Source: Squalus acanthias
Taxonomy: Eukaryota
Length of the DNA stretch: 64,000 bases
Assembly: GCA_030390025.1 (NCBI GenBank)
Contig: CM059438.1
Span: forward strand, 55,120,001-55,184,000
Direction: 5' to 3'
Below the pieces are notes generated by a model. It worked only from the letters and a program-made list of their open reading frames with translations, had not been told where the DNA came from and ran no database searches. The translations under genes and the position numbers were made by a program. Position 1 is the stretch's first letter, and every line of letters starts with the position of its first letter. Of the stretch, positions 60,954-64,000 are shown piece after piece.

Positions 60954-61049
60954 CCCTCGTCTTTCAATTGCTTTGCGTAACAGAGTGACCACATCTGTTC
61001 CTTGTACCCCTTTGACCATGTATCCTTTACCCCATGTAATGAGAATGGC
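60954..61049 (-). CDS. HKDC1: Hexokinase (HKDC1-like) coding exon 5
   Basis: 96 bp, TTGCAG acceptor, GTAAAT donor. Encodes AILITWGKGYMVKGVQGTDVVTLLRKAIERRG. Size and phase match vertebrate hexokinase exon 5. Confidence 0.9.
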
Positions 61050-61837
61050 CTGCAACAGAAAACCAAAGGATTGTGAGTTACGATAACATGCAATATAAAA
61101 ATCTCCCGACACTCTCTCACTCAGTCTACATTTAGGAACAGTGACCAGGCTTCTCGTCCTCCACCTACTTTCCTTTCCTAAAGTGACACCTTTAATTGCT
61201 ATGTAAACTTGTAATGCTGCTCTCTGCAACTCCCAGATTGCAGGGACATCTGCAGGGATTGCGTCTTGGGAAATCCTTGGAGCGCTGTTCACAATCCCTC
61301 CCAGCACGGCCGTACGTTCATAATTTGTTTTCCTGAATTTCCTTTGCTCATCGAGAAGGATGCCCAAAGTGGAGGATATTTGGCCGCCACTGTCAGTACT
61401 GAGTATTTCCAGGTTAGACAGAGCATTTTGTTTGTTAACGCTCCTGTGAAGTGCCTTGGGATGTTTTACTACGTTAAAGACGCGATATAAATGCATGTAG
61501 TTGTTTCTTAAAGGGTCAGATGTCCTCCCTGGCTAGACCAGCACTACTCTCACTGTCCCCAACCAAACCTCAGGCAAGCACCTCAACCCTGATATGTTTC
61601 TGTTTCCCACACGAGCCAACTCGGGAACTGGATGGCACTGAGGGCTACACCATTCACCTCAAGGTGCAAATGCAGCCCGGACCATGGGATCTCTGCTGGC
61701 TGGAAGAGTCCTATGTGAAATGAGTTTGGGCAGCTTCAGTCCAGTTTCTAATGGAGATAATCCTGCAGCACAAAACTAGCCCGAATTCGGCACAGATTAC
61801 AAATATCACTCAGGTAAGCATAAGGATGGTGAGTAAT

Positions 61838-62265
61838 TTTTTATTAGTTTATGGGATGTGGGCGTCGCTGGCAAGGCCAGCATTTATTGCCCAACCCTAA
61901 TTGCCCTTGAGAAGGTGGTGGTGAGCCGAGTTCTTGAACCACTGCAGTCCGTGTGGTGAAGGTACTCCCACAGTGCTGTTAGGTAGGGAGTTCCAGGATT
62001 TTGACCCAGCGACGATGAAGGATTGGTGATATACTTCTAAGTCAGGATGGTGTGTGACTTGCAGGGGAACTTGGAGGTGGTGGTGTTCCCATGCGCCTGC
62101 TGCCCTTGTCCTTCTAGGTGGAAGAGGTTTGGGAGGTGATTGACATCCAACCACCACAACCATCTTCCTTTGTGCTACTTATGATTCTAGCCAGTGGAGA
62201 GTTTTCCCCCCGATTCCCATTGACTTCAGTTTTACTAGGGCTCCTTGATGCCACACTCTGTCAAA
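61838..62265 (-). mobile_element. LINE family B remnant with an internal deletion
   Basis: Family 3' end joined to the FDRVWHQGALVKLKSMGI region. Confidence 0.8.
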
Positions 62266-62604
62266 TTGAATGGCAAAATACCACATTGACACAGTCAAGA
62301 GCAATTCTTGTGGGTTTAAAACACATTGGCCTCGGTAATGGGTAAAGAACCCGGCACACCTCATTTAAATAACTGCCTGACACCTGGCCAGATTGACTAC
62401 CTGGCCGGCAGGCGGGAGCAGTAATTTAGCAGCAGGAGGCCAGGGACTATTGGGGAAGGTCCCTGGCAGTCAGTGGGAGGAGGGTTTTGCAGGAGGTGGT
62501 GGATCCCAGGTTCCAGCGTTATCGGGCAGCGAGGCCGGACCTGGGGAGGCCCAAGGACTCCTTGAGGGGCCTGGGGGAGCACTCCTAAAAGGAGCAGATC
62601 TTTA

Positions 62605-62695
62605 GGGGGAAAAATTCAGTATCGCCCATTTTGGGGCACTAATATCGGCCGGGCGCAAAGCTTAGCGCCCGGCGCTAATTATCACCCCCGGACTG
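62605..62695 (+). mobile_element. Harbinger terminal fragment
   Basis: GGGGGAAAAATTCAGTATCG...GCGCAAAG.TTAGCGCC.GGCGCTAATTATC matches the reverse complement of 19510-19599. Confidence 0.85.
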
Positions 62696-63383
62696 TCCCC
62701 CCCCCCCGGACTGTCCCCCCCCCACCGGACTGTTCCCCCCTCGCCCGGACTGTCCCCCTCTCGCCCGGACTGTCTCCCCCCCCCACCGGACTGTCCCCCC
62801 ACCCCCGGACTGTCCCCCCCCCCCCCCCCCCCGCCCCCGGAATGTCCCCCCACCCCCGGATTGTCGTCCCCCCCCCCCCGGAATGTCCCCCCACCCCCGG
62901 ACTGTCCCCTCCCCCCACCCCCCGGACTGTCGCCCCCCCCCCCCGGACTGACCTCCCCCCCCCCCCCCCGGACTGTCCCCCCCCCCCGGACTGTCCCCCC
63001 CCGCGGACTGTCCCCCCCCCCCCCCGGACTGCCCCCCCCCCCCGGACTGTCACGCCCCCCCCGGATTGTCCCCCCCCCCCCCACGGACTGTTCCCCCCCC
63101 CCGGACTGTCCCCTCCCCCCCCGGACTGACCCCCCCCCCCCCGGACTGTCCCCCCACCCGGACTGTTCCCCCCACCGGACTGTCCCCCCCCACCCCGGAC
63201 TGTCTCCCCCCCCTGGACTGTCCCCCCCCCACGGACTGTCCCCCCCCCGGACTGTCCCCCCCCCCCCCGGATTGTCCCCCCCCCCCGGACTGTCCCCCAC
63301 CCCCCTCCGGACTGTCCCCCCCCCACCCCGGACTGACCCCCCCCAGACTGTCCCCCTCCCCCCTGGACTGTGTGTGTGTGTGT
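62686..63383. repeat. C-rich minisatellite (GGACTGT + poly-C)n ending in (TG)n
   Basis: Directly visible; C-run length varies between units. Confidence 0.95.
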
Positions 63384-64000
63384 TCTACGGAGGAGGGTTT
63401 ATTTTATTGAAGGTTGATATTTTGGTGCAAGTGTGAAAACAGGCGCTAAATGGGTGCTAATGAGGCACGCCTGTTTGAAAGTCTGGTTTTAGCTGCAATT
63501 TTGGTCCTAATTGCTGATTACTATAATTTGAATTTGCTTGGAGGCTAAAACAGACACCTGCAGGTTTAGCATTCAAGCGCTGATTAGACGATATTTTCGT
63601 GGAGCACTGTATGTGGGCTCCACGCACCCACTTCCACTGAAGGTGTGGAGTGGGCTGGCTGACAGATAGCAGCAGGTTTCAGGATGGATCAGGGACCGAG
63701 TGAGTGGGCGTACATGTTCTCAGACGCAGCAGCCTTCCTGTCCCCCTCTCCTGCAGCAGTTGGTGCTGCTCTGCCTGGCCTCGTATCCTCCTCCCATTCC
63801 TCCTCCAGACCAAGTGGGACCCCGAGCTCGAGAGGACAGTGAGAATTGTGGGAACTCTAAACATGCACAAACCTGGCCCAGTTTAATCCTGCCGCCGCCC
63901 ACCACCCAGACACAGATTGAAGCTGGATTTAGTGGATAGTGATCAGGAGCAGGACCCAGACTGGTTTCCCCCATTCTGGCCCAGTGGCCCTGAGCACCGC

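Noticed and set aside
60933..61496. 187-aa ORF as a standalone gene
   Set aside because: Only the 32 codons of exon 5 are hexokinase; the rest is intron and an antisense L2 tail.
62662..63436. Gly-rich and Pro-rich ORFs
   Set aside because: Translations of the poly-C minisatellite; no splice or homology support.

Overview
Vertebrate genomic DNA, most likely a shark or other cartilaginous fish (inferred from HE1-like V-SINE, Deu-domain SINE and the CR1/L2 families present). The whole window lies inside one minus-strand, 100-kDa-type hexokinase gene closest to HKDC1. Eight coding exons (5-12 in mammalian numbering; 96, 100, 184, 156, 234, 305, 149 and 120 bp) splice into 448 open codons. Exon 12 has a GC donor, and the N-terminal half has unusual substitutions at ligand-binding residues. 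The introns are filled with repeats: CR1, L2 and a second LINE family, SINEs, the 3' end of a Gypsy element, three two-gene Harbinger transposons with related MITEs, a hAT-like MITE, two Penelope-derived palindromes carrying minimal hammerhead ribozyme motifs, and four tandem arrays (up to 7.8 kb) that explain all the giant ORFs. An inverted segmental duplication of at least 1.6 kb brackets exon 12. All family assignments come from motif recognition by eye; no database searches were run.
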